From an uncultured Verrucomicrobiota bacterium (lineage in GTDB: Bacteria; Verrucomicrobiota; Kiritimatiellia; CAIVKH01), in the NCBI GenBank assembly GCA_937873455.1, contig CALMYG010000002.1, positions 11,325 to 75,324 of the forward strand: 64,000 nucleotides of DNA. Direction: 5' to 3'. Of this stretch, positions 52,082 to 61,889 are shown one piece after another (positions within the stretch are counted from its first letter, which is position 1; each line of letters opens with the position of its first letter). A program made the position numbers and the translations under genes. The notes under the pieces are model-generated. The model was not told the DNA's origin, did no database searches, and saw only the letters and a list, made by a program, of their open reading frames with translations.

Positions 52082-53016
52082 GACGCTCTCCTCATGGCCG
52101 CCAGACGCCGCAGTCCAACCCGGATTCCAGCCAACAACAAAAGGGTCAAGACCAGCATGACAACCAAGCCGGCCCGGCGGTGCAACAACAGCGCGGTGTC
52201 GGGGCCGAGGATTTCAGCTCCGATCACCGAACCGGTCAGACGCAGGGCGCCGGCCATGATCATCGCGGGAATAAGCGCTCCCGCGGTGAAAATCAACACC
52301 CATGCGCGATCACGCCGGAGGTATCCGGCAATCGCCACGATGGCGGCCAAGGTCAGCAGCGTGCCCAGACCGCTGGCCGGATCGGCTCCGTCCACGGCAT
52401 ACGTGGCGGGCGCGGGCGCCAGCAGGGCCGACCCGGAACGGCCCACCGCGATCCCGATCCCGTTCAAAAATCCGGCGGCGATCTGCGCGGAGACAATGCG
52501 CATCGGAAACGTGACGGCATCCAGGAAATTCAGCGGGACGCAGAAAATCAGCAGACCGACGGGAAACAACAGGCGCCGGGCCAACGACCAGCCATACAAA
52601 AAAAGTGGAATTCCCCAGATGAGAACAATCAGAGCGATCAAGGATAACCGGGTTTGTTGCGCCCGCGCACCGGCCCAATGCATCAACAGGGCCAGTACGA
52701 CCACGGCAAGACCCGGCCAGAATATGGCTCGGGGCGCCGCCGCCAACTCGCGGCGCCGGACGTACAGCAGCAGCAAAACCACCGCCGGCATCGCCCAGCC
52801 GAGGTAATAAACCGACCCGCCGAAAATCCGCCCGCTGCGCCAGAGGTCCAACATCCAGCCAAACGCCGAACGGCCGAATACGTTGATTTCCGTGGTGTTC
52901 CCGAAAAGATGAAATTGCGCGTAGATCAAACCCGCGACCGTGGAAAGACACGCCAGGGCGGCAAGGGGTAAACGCGAGGTTGGTGACCGTGATTCCATAA
53001 ACAGTACCCGAGGCAT
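52078..53016 (-). CDS. Exosortase (XrtA/EpsH-like 8-TM protein)
   Basis: 312-aa polytopic protein, Arg-rich loops, embedded in the EPS locus just upstream of the EpsI-like gene. Confidence 0.6.
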   Translation of the reverse strand: MPRVLFMESRSPTSRLPLAALACLSTVAGLIYAQFHLFGNTTEINVFGRSAFGWMLDLWRSGRIFGGSVYYLGWAMPAVVLLLLYVRRRELAAAPRAIFWPGLAVVVLALLMHWAGARAQQTRLSLIALIVLIWGIPLFLYGWSLARRLLFPVGLLIFCVPLNFLDAVTFPMRIVSAQIAAGFLNGIGIAVGRSGSALLAPAPATYAVDGADPASGLGTLLTLAAIVAIAGYLRRDRAWVLIFTAGALIPAMIMAGALRLTGSVIGAEILGPDTALLLHRRAGLVVMLVLTLLLLAGIRVGLRRLAAMRRAS

Positions 53017-53019
53017 CCG

Positions 53020-53913
53020 CTACCTACCATGCGCACGAATGCGATCCCGCTTCGCGCTTCCGGATAAGCGAGCGAGCAGCCGGTGGGGGCGGCGGTGGGT
53101 AACCCCCTGCCAAAGCGCCTTCGCCACCAGCGTCAGCGCGGTAATGGTTTTGTCGGTCCATCGTCGTCCCCACGAACAGGTTTGTTTGTCGATAACGTTC
53201 CATCGGTAATGAATTTGCCGTAAACGATAGACCACGGAACGGCTGAAATTGTTCGGATGAACCCGGTACGCCGCGACAACATCATGGCACTGGGCGAGGC
53301 CATCCCGCGCGGCAACGCGAATAATCAAGTCGAGATCGTACTCGATCGGCAAGTCGGGGTCGTAATTGCCAACTGCAAGCGCGGATGCCCTCCGGTACAT
53401 TACCGAGCCATGTTTAAGGGGGCCGATGGGATGGATCAGGCATGCACGCACAAACGAGGCGACATCGGGAAAATCGGGAAAGCGTTGACGGCCATAAACC
53501 ACGCCGGACGGGTCCATCAAGTCGATGTCGCCGTAGGCGAGGCCCGCACCGGTTTGCCGTAGGAGCTCCCAACGCACCCGTATACTGGAAGGCGTGAGGC
53601 GGTCATCGTGGTCCAGAATGGCCACCGCCTCGCCCCGGGCCAACCGAATGCCTTCGATAAGGGCATGAGGAAGCCCACGGAACGGTTGGCGATGATACAC
53701 CAAGCGGGGGTCGTTGAATTCCTCCACCAGGCAAGCAAGCGGCGGATTCGACCCGTCATCCACAATCAAAACCTCAAGATCAGGCCAATCCTGATCCAAT
53801 GCGCTTCGCACCGCTTCCCGAAAATAATCGGGCCGGGTGTTGTAGGCGGTAATCAGCACCGTGACGGACGGCGCGGTTACAGCTTGGCCGGTATCGCAAT
53901 CGTGCGCCTTCAT
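53020..53913 (-). CDS. Glycosyltransferase family 2
   Basis: VTVLITAYN...DQDWPDLEVLIVDDGS. Confidence 0.8.
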   Translation of the reverse strand: MKAHDCDTGQAVTAPSVTVLITAYNTRPDYFREAVRSALDQDWPDLEVLIVDDGSNPPLACLVEEFNDPRLVYHRQPFRGLPHALIEGIRLARGEAVAILDHDDRLTPSSIRVRWELLRQTGAGLAYGDIDLMDPSGVVYGRQRFPDFPDVASFVRACLIHPIGPLKHGSVMYRRASALAVGNYDPDLPIEYDLDLIIRVAARDGLAQCHDVVAAYRVHPNNFSRSVVYRLRQIHYRWNVIDKQTCSWGRRWTDKTITALTLVAKALWQGVTHRRPHRLLARLSGSAKRDRIRAHGR

Positions 53914-53917
53914 TGAT

Positions 53918-54793
53918 TCAGGAGGTGGGCCACCGATGGTTCGTCCGGGTTACCACTTTTTCCGAACGTTCCCGGTGTTCGTTGTCGGCATACACGGCAT
54001 ACCGCATACCGCGATCGGAACCATACCCCCCGTTCACCAGTTTGAGGGTGAGCCGGGCCGCATTGAGCGGGAACGCCAGAGCGCGCACCCACCCCGGCAT
54101 GGTTCGCCGAAAATTCAAAAGTTCCTCAAGTGCCTTGGCCCCGCCGCCAAGATTGTCTCCCGTCATTGTGAATGCGGACAGAAAGCAGGGAATATGACGT
54201 GCTTTGTAACCGGCGCGAAGGACCCGCACCACGAAATCGATGTCGCCCACGGCCTTCCAATCGGGGTTAAAGCGGAAACCGGCCTCCAGGATGCGACGAC
54301 GGAAAAACATGGTGCATGACAATACATACAACTGACTGGAGCCGATCAAACACCAATGTGGAGAATAGCCGCGACGGGAGGCGATGTAGTCGCCGTTGGG
54401 ATGAACCAACAGGGCATTCCCGAAAATCATGTCGACATCCGGGCGGCGATCGAAGAAATCCCGAACCCGCCGCAAGGTTCCAGGCAAATATTGTTCATCT
54501 CCGTTCAGGTAGGAAATGATCGTCCCCCGGCTGCGTTCAAGCCCCTTGTTGATGGCGTCGTACATGCCGCGGTCAGTTTCGCTCAGCCAATAGCCCGGCT
54601 GATGATTGCGTTCCAGCCAAGCCACCGAACCGTCGGACGAACCGCCATCAATCAGCCAATGTTCCGCGGCAAGGTCACCGCCGCACTGATCCGCCACCGA
54701 ACGCAGGCAGCGCGGCAAATAACTCATCCCATTAAAATTCGGGGTAACGATAGAGAAATAGGGTTTTGGAGAATTGTTTGTCATGGAATCCAT
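53918..54793 (-). CDS. Glycosyltransferase family 2
   Basis: FSIVTPNFN...LIDGGSSDGS. Confidence 0.8.
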   Translation of the reverse strand: MDSMTNNSPKPYFSIVTPNFNGMSYLPRCLRSVADQCGGDLAAEHWLIDGGSSDGSVAWLERNHQPGYWLSETDRGMYDAINKGLERSRGTIISYLNGDEQYLPGTLRRVRDFFDRRPDVDMIFGNALLVHPNGDYIASRRGYSPHWCLIGSSQLYVLSCTMFFRRRILEAGFRFNPDWKAVGDIDFVVRVLRAGYKARHIPCFLSAFTMTGDNLGGGAKALEELLNFRRTMPGWVRALAFPLNAARLTLKLVNGGYGSDRGMRYAVYADNEHRERSEKVVTRTNHRWPTS

Positions 54794-54844
54794 GGTACCG
54801 GAAGCAGCGAGATCGTAGCATGATTGATGATCCGACTCAATGGT

Positions 54845-55990
54845 TCATTCGCCTGCACCGCCGCCATAGTATTGCATGGCGTCGACAAGCCGTTGCCCGA
54901 TATCCGTCCAGCGATGCCGGCGTTGCAAGTCTTCCGCCCAACCGGCAATGACCGGGGCGGGTGTTTCCAAGGCCCGGGTCAAAGCATGCCGGAACGCCTC
55001 TTCGTCATCATTGGAAAAAGGCCATCCGGTATCACCCATAACCTCCCGGGTGACGGGAATCAAGGAATAGACCGGCGGCGTACCGGCCATAATGGACTCC
55101 ACCGGTGGCAAGCCGTAACCTTCGTGTTCGGTAAAGTGAATGAGGGCGCGGGATTCGGCCAGGAGATTCTTACGGGTTTCCTGATCCACCCGTCCCAGAT
55201 ATCGCCAACATGGATGCTCCGGAATCTTTATCGTGTCCGCCAAGGTGCCGACGGCAACGATGGAGCCCGAATATCCCGTCGCGGCTCGCCACCGCTCGGT
55301 CCAGGCAATGGCCAGATCGGAGCGCTTGTGGGGAGCTTTTCTCACATCGACCAGCAGTTGATCCTTCTTGGTCCGTTGAGGCCAATCGGTTTCGGCGGCC
55401 AACCCGGCCATGATCACCGGGGGACAGGGCAGGCGCTGCCGCTCCGCCCAGCCCATGATTTCTTGGCGGCTGAATTCGGAAATGGTGAAGATAATATTGG
55501 CATTCCGGATGGTTTGCCGGTGGGTCCAGACATAATAAGCGTGTTTGGCCGCCGATACCGAGCCGGGATATCGTTCACGGTAAATCACCGAAGTAACATC
55601 GGCGAGGCAAACCGCCAGCTTGACCGGGCATTTGCGGGCAATGGAACCGAAGCCCTTGGGGAGAAACAGCCAGGAGTTTCCGCTTCGCACGGCCTCCCGA
55701 TAACAGCCCCATTGATCCCAATAGATACGTCCGGCCTGGCCACGAATCGGGTAGCTGAAGTTCCGTATCTCGGTATTGGGATGCCCCAGATCTAGCGATG
55801 ATGTCGTGGGGTTGCCGAATAGGGTGATCTTTCGCACGGCTTTGTTTTCCTGCATGGCCTTGAGGTAGCCCAGCGAAAGGTTGTAGATGCCGATCGAGGT
55901 GGCGGTGGAAACAACCTGGTCGGCGATGGAGTACGTGACATTCATGGAGGAGGCTGGAGGGAATGCGGCGGTGCGGACTTCATGCTTCAT
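54845..55990 (-). CDS. Glycosyltransferase family 4 (GT-B)
   Basis: C-terminal EHEGYGLPPVESIMAGTPPV motif. Confidence 0.75.
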   Translation of the reverse strand: MKHEVRTAAFPPASSMNVTYSIADQVVSTATSIGIYNLSLGYLKAMQENKAVRKITLFGNPTTSSLDLGHPNTEIRNFSYPIRGQAGRIYWDQWGCYREAVRSGNSWLFLPKGFGSIARKCPVKLAVCLADVTSVIYRERYPGSVSAAKHAYYVWTHRQTIRNANIIFTISEFSRQEIMGWAERQRLPCPPVIMAGLAAETDWPQRTKKDQLLVDVRKAPHKRSDLAIAWTERWRAATGYSGSIVAVGTLADTIKIPEHPCWRYLGRVDQETRKNLLAESRALIHFTEHEGYGLPPVESIMAGTPPVYSLIPVTREVMGDTGWPFSNDDEEAFRHALTRALETPAPVIAGWAEDLQRRHRWTDIGQRLVDAMQYYGGGAGE

Positions 55991-56088
55991 TTCAGGATTT
56001 TGGTGTTGATCGTTTTCGGTAGCGGTGCAACCTTCCTTGCGTCGTTGCCCGCGAGTAAGCGACGGCTTAATGAAACCCCCATCCGATC

Positions 56089-57276
56089 ATGAGTAAAAAC
56101 CCCCTGCATATCATGTGGATTTCCCACTTCCCGGTGGAGTGGCTGGACCCTTGTCCGCCCGATCTGGCCGGTATGCCAAAAGGGCATCCGACGACCTGGC
56201 AACGGGTCTTGTGGGGCGAACTGCGCGAGGATGCCCGGTACCGCTTTCACATGGTCACGCTGAACAAACAAGCGCCGCGGAATTTGTCGTGGACCGACGG
56301 CAACACGACCTTTTATGTGCTGAAGACCCGGGGCGGACTGCGTGCGCCATCCTATTTCTGGTACGATACGTGGTTGATTCGACGCCTGGTCCATCGCGTG
56401 CGGCCCGATTTGGTGCACGCCTGGGGCGCTGAGCGAGGCGCCGGGTTGGTGGCTTCGCGCCTGGATGTTCCCTATCTGGTGACCGTTCAAGGCCTGATGT
56501 CCTGGTACGTTCAAGCCATTCCATCCGGCATGCACCACCGGCTGGCCGCGTTTGTGGAGCGGCAGGTGTTTGGCCGGGCGCCGCTTGTCACCACCGAGTC
56601 GCGGTTTGCGTGTGATTTCATCCGGCGGATTGCTCCAGCATTGCGGATCGAACAAATCGAACATGCGCCAGCCTGGCTGTTTCATCGCCTGCCGCGCCGC
56701 CCGATGATCGATCCCGCCCGCTTTTTGTATGTCGGAACGTTGGATCAGCGTAAAGGATTGGACACGCTCCTGCATGCACTTGACCGAATGAATTTGGCCA
56801 GGCCCTGGGAACTGGCCGTGACCGGTTCGCCGGAGCATCCTTACGCCCAGGCGCTGAAACTCGAAATTTCCTCGGCCACATGGAACCGCATCCGCTTTCT
56901 CGGGAACCTCACCGCATCGGCGGTGGCCGAGGAGTTCTCGCGGGCGCTGATGCTGATTTTCCCGACCCGGGCGGACACCAGTCCGAATGCGGTGAAAGAA
57001 GCGGCCGTGGCCGGAGTGCCGGTGATCGGCGCCCACGTCGGCGGTATACCGGATTACATTACCGACGGGAAAAACGGTTTGCTGGTTGAACCGGGCGATC
57101 CGGACAGCTTGGCCCACGCCATACGCGCGGCGCTGGATCATCCACGGTTCAGCCAGGGTGAAGTTGATGAAGAAAACTTGGTTCACGTTCGGGATTATTT
57201 GTCTCCACGGACCATGGCCACACGCTTTTCCGCTCTTTACGACGAATACGCCCAGGCCTCGGTCAGGCCGGTTTGA
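56089..57276 (+). CDS. Glycosyltransferase family 4 (GT-B)
   Basis: ...NAVKEAAVAGVPVIGAHVGGIPDYITDGKNGLLV.... Confidence 0.8.
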   Translation: MSKNPLHIMWISHFPVEWLDPCPPDLAGMPKGHPTTWQRVLWGELREDARYRFHMVTLNKQAPRNLSWTDGNTTFYVLKTRGGLRAPSYFWYDTWLIRRLVHRVRPDLVHAWGAERGAGLVASRLDVPYLVTVQGLMSWYVQAIPSGMHHRLAAFVERQVFGRAPLVTTESRFACDFIRRIAPALRIEQIEHAPAWLFHRLPRRPMIDPARFLYVGTLDQRKGLDTLLHALDRMNLARPWELAVTGSPEHPYAQALKLEISSATWNRIRFLGNLTASAVAEEFSRALMLIFPTRADTSPNAVKEAAVAGVPVIGAHVGGIPDYITDGKNGLLVEPGDPDSLAHAIRAALDHPRFSQGEVDEENLVHVRDYLSPRTMATRFSALYDEYAQASVRPV

Positions 57277-58081
57277 TCGCCTCGCAATATAACGATACAT
57301 TTTTATAGGGAAGTCCATCGGGATTCACATCCAAGTGATCATGGCCGAAGTCCGGGATCGCTGATTCGTGGGCGGCAAGCAGCCGGCATTCGGAAAATCC
57401 CGTTTGTTGCAACAACGTTACCAGGCTGTACCGGTCATACATCCAGCGGTGTTTTTCACCGGGCGGGGTTTCATCCACCATCATCCGCCGCATGCCTCCC
57501 GGAATCAGCCGCAGCAAGCCTCGGGCATAAAGGCGCACAAGCAGACTCTTGAGTTTTCCCGGCGAAAGCGAGGCGACTTTGTCCCTCCAAGCGCGTGGCC
57601 GCATTACCTGCAACGGGGTGTTTTGGGTACGGGAGATCACGTAAGCGGCCATCTCGCGGTCACCGCTTTGTTCCAACGCCTCAAAAAAGTCACGCATCTC
57701 CCCGGCCCCGCGCGTGCGCACCATCTGGTCGAGCAGTTCAAGGATGATCCACTCATAGCGGCGGCGGGCCTCCTCCGAATGCTCTGTTTCGTCGAGCAGT
57801 CGTACATATTCACGGCAACTGGCCTCAAGATCCGGCAACACCACCCGCACAAGACCTCCGGGACGGAGAACACGGAAAGACTCGGCCATCAGGCGGCGTC
57901 CATCCGCCCGGGAAAAATGCTCCAGCACATGGCTGCTGTAGACGACATCGAAGGTTGCATCCGGATAAGGAAACCCCTTCAATAGATTAACCTGCTTCAC
58001 CCCGGGAACCATCGGGTTGAAATCTATGTTTTCCCAGCCGGAGGCGATACGGTCCCCGCAACCGAAGTTTAGCTTTTTCAC
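57263..58081 (-). CDS. Class I SAM-dependent methyltransferase
   Basis: Motif I LNFGCGD and DVVYSSHVLEH. Confidence 0.75.
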   Translation of the reverse strand: MKKLNFGCGDRIASGWENIDFNPMVPGVKQVNLLKGFPYPDATFDVVYSSHVLEHFSRADGRRLMAESFRVLRPGGLVRVVLPDLEASCREYVRLLDETEHSEEARRRYEWIILELLDQMVRTRGAGEMRDFFEALEQSGDREMAAYVISRTQNTPLQVMRPRAWRDKVASLSPGKLKSLLVRLYARGLLRLIPGGMRRMMVDETPPGEKHRWMYDRYSLVTLLQQTGFSECRLLAAHESAIPDFGHDHLDVNPDGLPYKNVSLYCEAIKPA

Positions 58082-59646
58082 GGAGCTGATCCCCGAACAA
58101 CCTGTCCAGCCGGATAAGGCAACGAAAGTGATTTTTTGGTTATGCCGGCAGCATCGGGTAGAGCGGAGGCGGATTCAGCACTTTCAACCGCCACACCAGG
58201 CACACTCACAAAGTTCAAGCGAAGGACTTGCAGCAATGCCGCCAGAAACAACAGGTTGGGAAACGAAGATTTCATATCGCCGTATATCAAGTAAAAACTT
58301 GCTATGCTGTAAAGCAAATGGGCGAGAAAAACCACGTAAACCCTCATCATGAAAACCGAGGTGCCTTGACGTCGCATCATGGCCATGCCTTTGATCCCCT
58401 CAAGGCCGATCATAATGGAAAACAACACAAACAGGAACGCACCCGGGATGCCCGTAGTCACCAATACCGAGAGCGGTCCGCTATGATAATTATGGCTGAT
58501 ATAGGCCCAGGATATCGTGTCGCGCAGGGCCAGAGCGGCTTGGACTTCGGCGGAGTTGAACGTGAGTCCCCGGCCGAGCAGCAGATAATTAGGCAGCTTT
58601 CGCATCGTTTCGTTCCAGACATCCAGCCGCCACTCCGTGGATATGGCAGCATCCATTTTGACGAAAAACGGAATATCGTACCAAGGCACCCATGACAACG
58701 CGCGTTGCACGCCGGCGGGTAGATCGGGGATAAACGGCGTGAGCCCCACGAGAATGGCGGTAAATGCCAGGGTGCTGGCCGTCAGAATCACGATGCGCCT
58801 TCTTGGATAATACAAAACCAGGAAGATCAGGGTAGTACCCGCGATGCCTACGGTGGCGCCACGGAAACCGCTTAGCAAGGTAATGAAAAAACCGGCCATC
58901 CAGAAAAGCACGAAAAAGATGCGGGATCGCCTCTCAAGCGGGAAAAAAGCCATGGCGCCAACCACCAGAGCCGAAGCGAGGCCGGTGAAATAAAAGCGGG
59001 CGGTACCGGCATCACTTTGCACCGCATCCAACGTACTAAGCAGTCCGGAGGTATAGGCCTCCAGAAACATGTACTGAATGTATACGGCGCCGCCGGTCAG
59101 GTAGAAAACGGCTTGAGCAACCGCGGGAACCGTTGACAGCAACAGCATTAGAATCAAACCGAGTTTAACCTGCTTTTCCGTGATGCGAAGGCGTCCGCAA
59201 ATAAGATAAAAAGCGATGAAGATGGCTATTTTGATGTAGGCAAAACCGCCCCACTCGTTGCTGCCGAGGAAACGGATCCCGATGCCGCGCAACGCTATGA
59301 TGATCGCCAACACCAAGGCAAAGCCAAGCAACGCATAATGCGAAAGACTCCACCGGATCATCCGCTGCTTGGTGATACTATGGCCGCCCAGGATCAGGGC
59401 GATCAGAAAAAGGATCACCACATCCATCATGTTCAGCCCTTGCGGCAAGCCGGGTAAAATCAAATCGCTGAACCGCAGTCCCATGACGAGCGCAAATACC
59501 ATGCCGATATTGCTGGCCATCATGAGTACAATCGGCGCGGCCAGCAGCAGGGCGTGGATAACATACCCCCCGGTGGTGAAACCGAAGAAGGCGATGGCCA
59601 CCACGATGATAACGGCAATTATGGGAACTAGAATTCTGGGCATCAT
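58078..59646 (-). CDS. O-antigen ligase/polymerase-family polytopic membrane protein (Wzy-like)
   Basis: About 10-12 TM helices with a large periplasmic loop, sited inside the polysaccharide locus. Confidence 0.6.
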   Translation of the reverse strand: MMPRILVPIIAVIIVVAIAFFGFTTGGYVIHALLLAAPIVLMMASNIGMVFALVMGLRFSDLILPGLPQGLNMMDVVILFLIALILGGHSITKQRMIRWSLSHYALLGFALVLAIIIALRGIGIRFLGSNEWGGFAYIKIAIFIAFYLICGRLRITEKQVKLGLILMLLLSTVPAVAQAVFYLTGGAVYIQYMFLEAYTSGLLSTLDAVQSDAGTARFYFTGLASALVVGAMAFFPLERRSRIFFVLFWMAGFFITLLSGFRGATVGIAGTTLIFLVLYYPRRRIVILTASTLAFTAILVGLTPFIPDLPAGVQRALSWVPWYDIPFFVKMDAAISTEWRLDVWNETMRKLPNYLLLGRGLTFNSAEVQAALALRDTISWAYISHNYHSGPLSVLVTTGIPGAFLFVLFSIMIGLEGIKGMAMMRRQGTSVFMMRVYVVFLAHLLYSIASFYLIYGDMKSSFPNLLFLAALLQVLRLNFVSVPGVAVESAESASALPDAAGITKKSLSLPYPAGQVVRGSAP

Positions 59647-59700
59647 GGGCAGGTGTTCATAAAATCAATGCCGGACCCTAGAGGATGCGGGGCAGGCGCG

Positions 59701-60867
59701 TCAAGCGTGGGCGGGTTGCTCCTGGTGGCGACGGTACAGCGCGCGGTACTGGCTGGCAATGGCCGGCCAGCCCAAAGCCGTTTCCGCTTGTCGGCGCAGA
59801 TGGAGCCCTTGCCGTTGTTGTTCCGCCGGGTCGCTCAAGAGGCGGAGAACGCATTCGGCCGCGGCGCGGGCATCACCCGGGGGGAAGTAAATACCGGCAT
59901 CCGGTCCGGTGTATTCACGAAGTGCGGACAGGTCGCTCAAGACGACCGGCAAGGCCATGGCCATGCTTTCCAGCAAGGCGTTGTTGGCGGTGGCTGACCG
60001 CAGGGGAAGAAACAGCGCGGAGGCGCGCTCGTAAAAGGCTTTGAATTGTTCGTCGTTCAATCCGGTATGGTAGTAAATGCCCCGGCCGCCGGCGCCCATG
60101 GCCGCCTGAGCTTCCCGGTGGCTGTACGGTTCGGCAATGACATCCACCTCCACCTCCGGACGCGCCGCCTGGATCATGCGCACCGCCTCGGCCCAGGTCG
60201 GCCAGTCGCGCATCCAATTGCCGATGGTCAACAACCGCGGCGCCGCAGGGTCCCGCGGACGAATGCGCCGGAAAAAATCCGTGTCGATGCCATGCCGGAT
60301 GCAGGACACATCGTGCACACCGGTGAGTTCGCGAATCGGTTTGACCTCGGAGGCGCAAAGAACAACCAAAGCCTGGCAACGCCGCAACCCCTCCAACAAC
60401 CGGTCCTTCCAGGGCGGCGCTTCCGCGCCGGTCAACACGTCATACGGCTGATGCAGGGTCGCGATAAGCTGGTGTTGTTTGTTCCACTGGATACCGCGGT
60501 ACAGGGTATTCTCCGGATAAATGTAATGAATCACCTGGGGCGCCCGGCGACGGTACACCGGAAGCAACCGCCATTCACCGGCTTTCAGCCAACGGTAGTT
60601 CCAACGCCGGACGTATTCTTTGGGAATCAACCGCTGGATCGGCGGCGTGAGGTTGTATCGTTCGCAATCCTCCAGGTAGGCCATAAGCCGGAAGAACGAC
60701 GAATAACGGCCGTGGTGGGCAAAAGAGAATCCGGCGATTACCGGTCGAGGACGTTGGAGGGTCATGTAATCGTCTCCGTCGAGGGGCGCAACATCCCGTT
60801 GATTCCGCCGAGAAAAGCATGAGATTTTGCGCGTAATCCATGGAGCGCGGCGTCCACGCCGGGCCAA
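59701..60867 (-). CDS. Glycosyltransferase family 4 (GT-B)
   Basis: ESMAMALPVVLSDLSALREY... C-terminal GT4 signature. Confidence 0.75.
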   Translation of the reverse strand: MARRGRRAPWITRKISCFSRRNQRDVAPLDGDDYMTLQRPRPVIAGFSFAHHGRYSSFFRLMAYLEDCERYNLTPPIQRLIPKEYVRRWNYRWLKAGEWRLLPVYRRRAPQVIHYIYPENTLYRGIQWNKQHQLIATLHQPYDVLTGAEAPPWKDRLLEGLRRCQALVVLCASEVKPIRELTGVHDVSCIRHGIDTDFFRRIRPRDPAAPRLLTIGNWMRDWPTWAEAVRMIQAARPEVEVDVIAEPYSHREAQAAMGAGGRGIYYHTGLNDEQFKAFYERASALFLPLRSATANNALLESMAMALPVVLSDLSALREYTGPDAGIYFPPGDARAAAECVLRLLSDPAEQQRQGLHLRRQAETALGWPAIASQYRALYRRHQEQPAHA

Positions 60868-61889
60868 TCAATGGAGTCCAGTGGTTGCGCCGAAGACGCC
60901 TGGTCCTCATCCATCAACCGGTTGGATAACCCGACCAGGGCCAACAACTCGGCAACCCGGCTGTTCATGGTCGCGTTTTGTCCTTTCACGGCAAGGGCAA
61001 TGAACGGGGTATGAAACAGCAGGCAGAAAACAATCCCATGAAAGGAATTGGTAACCACCAGATCCGCCTGGCGAATCCAACCGAGCCATTGGCCGGGTGA
61101 CGGCATGAGATTGCCCGGATTCCACTGCGCGGGATGAAGCCGGCAGCCATGAACCGCAAGACCCAGCGATTGGGCCCGCGCCGTTCCGGACTGCCACGCG
61201 GTCTCCTCCTGTCCGTGCAAGGCAAATACAAAAACAAACGGGCGGGCGGCTCGTGGCGATTGAGCCAGGGCATCGTAACGATCCGCGGACAACAAGAGCG
61301 TAGGGTCGCCAACCGGCACGGCATCCTCGCGCCCGCACAACGCTTGAACCAACCCGACGCCCGAAGGTTCGCGAACGCTGATCGCCTCAAACGCCGGTAA
61401 GCGCTCCTGAAAAATTTCGCGCCACGCCGGAGGGATCGTCTCCAAAGAGCCATGGCCAAAACTGGCCGCATAAGCAATCCGGCGGGTGTTATCGCCGGCA
61501 AAGGCCAGCGAATAAAACATGTCGCTCCCGGCGAGCGGTTCAAGCCAGGTCGGATTCCAGACCTGATCGCTTCCGGCAATCACCATGTCGTAGCGATCCC
61601 GGAGGTCGTGAAGCTCTTCCGGGTGCGAGCGCGCCGGACGGGATAAGGTCAACTGTTCGGCGCGAAACCGGGCGAACAGGCGTTCTTTACGGCGCGCCTG
61701 CCATTTCAACAGCATGTTGCGGGGATCAACGGCCAGCCAACGGCGTAGAAACGGCGGGGGAACAAGCGGCCAGTAGTCGATAATTTCGACCTCATGCCCT
61801 TGCTCGGCGAGGAAGGATTGCAGGGCGTAAGCCTGCAGAACCGCGCCGTAATTATCCGTGCGCTGAAAGGTGACAATGCCGATCTTCAT
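60762..61889 (-). CDS. Polysaccharide pyruvyl transferase family protein
   Basis: MKIGIVTFQRTDNYGAVLQAYAL... N-terminus typical of CsaB/WcaK-like pyruvyl transferases. Confidence 0.7.
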   Translation of the reverse strand: MKIGIVTFQRTDNYGAVLQAYALQSFLAEQGHEVEIIDYWPLVPPPFLRRWLAVDPRNMLLKWQARRKERLFARFRAEQLTLSRPARSHPEELHDLRDRYDMVIAGSDQVWNPTWLEPLAGSDMFYSLAFAGDNTRRIAYAASFGHGSLETIPPAWREIFQERLPAFEAISVREPSGVGLVQALCGREDAVPVGDPTLLLSADRYDALAQSPRAARPFVFVFALHGQEETAWQSGTARAQSLGLAVHGCRLHPAQWNPGNLMPSPGQWLGWIRQADLVVTNSFHGIVFCLLFHTPFIALAVKGQNATMNSRVAELLALVGLSNRLMDEDQASSAQPLDSIDWPGVDAALHGLRAKSHAFLGGINGMLRPSTETIT

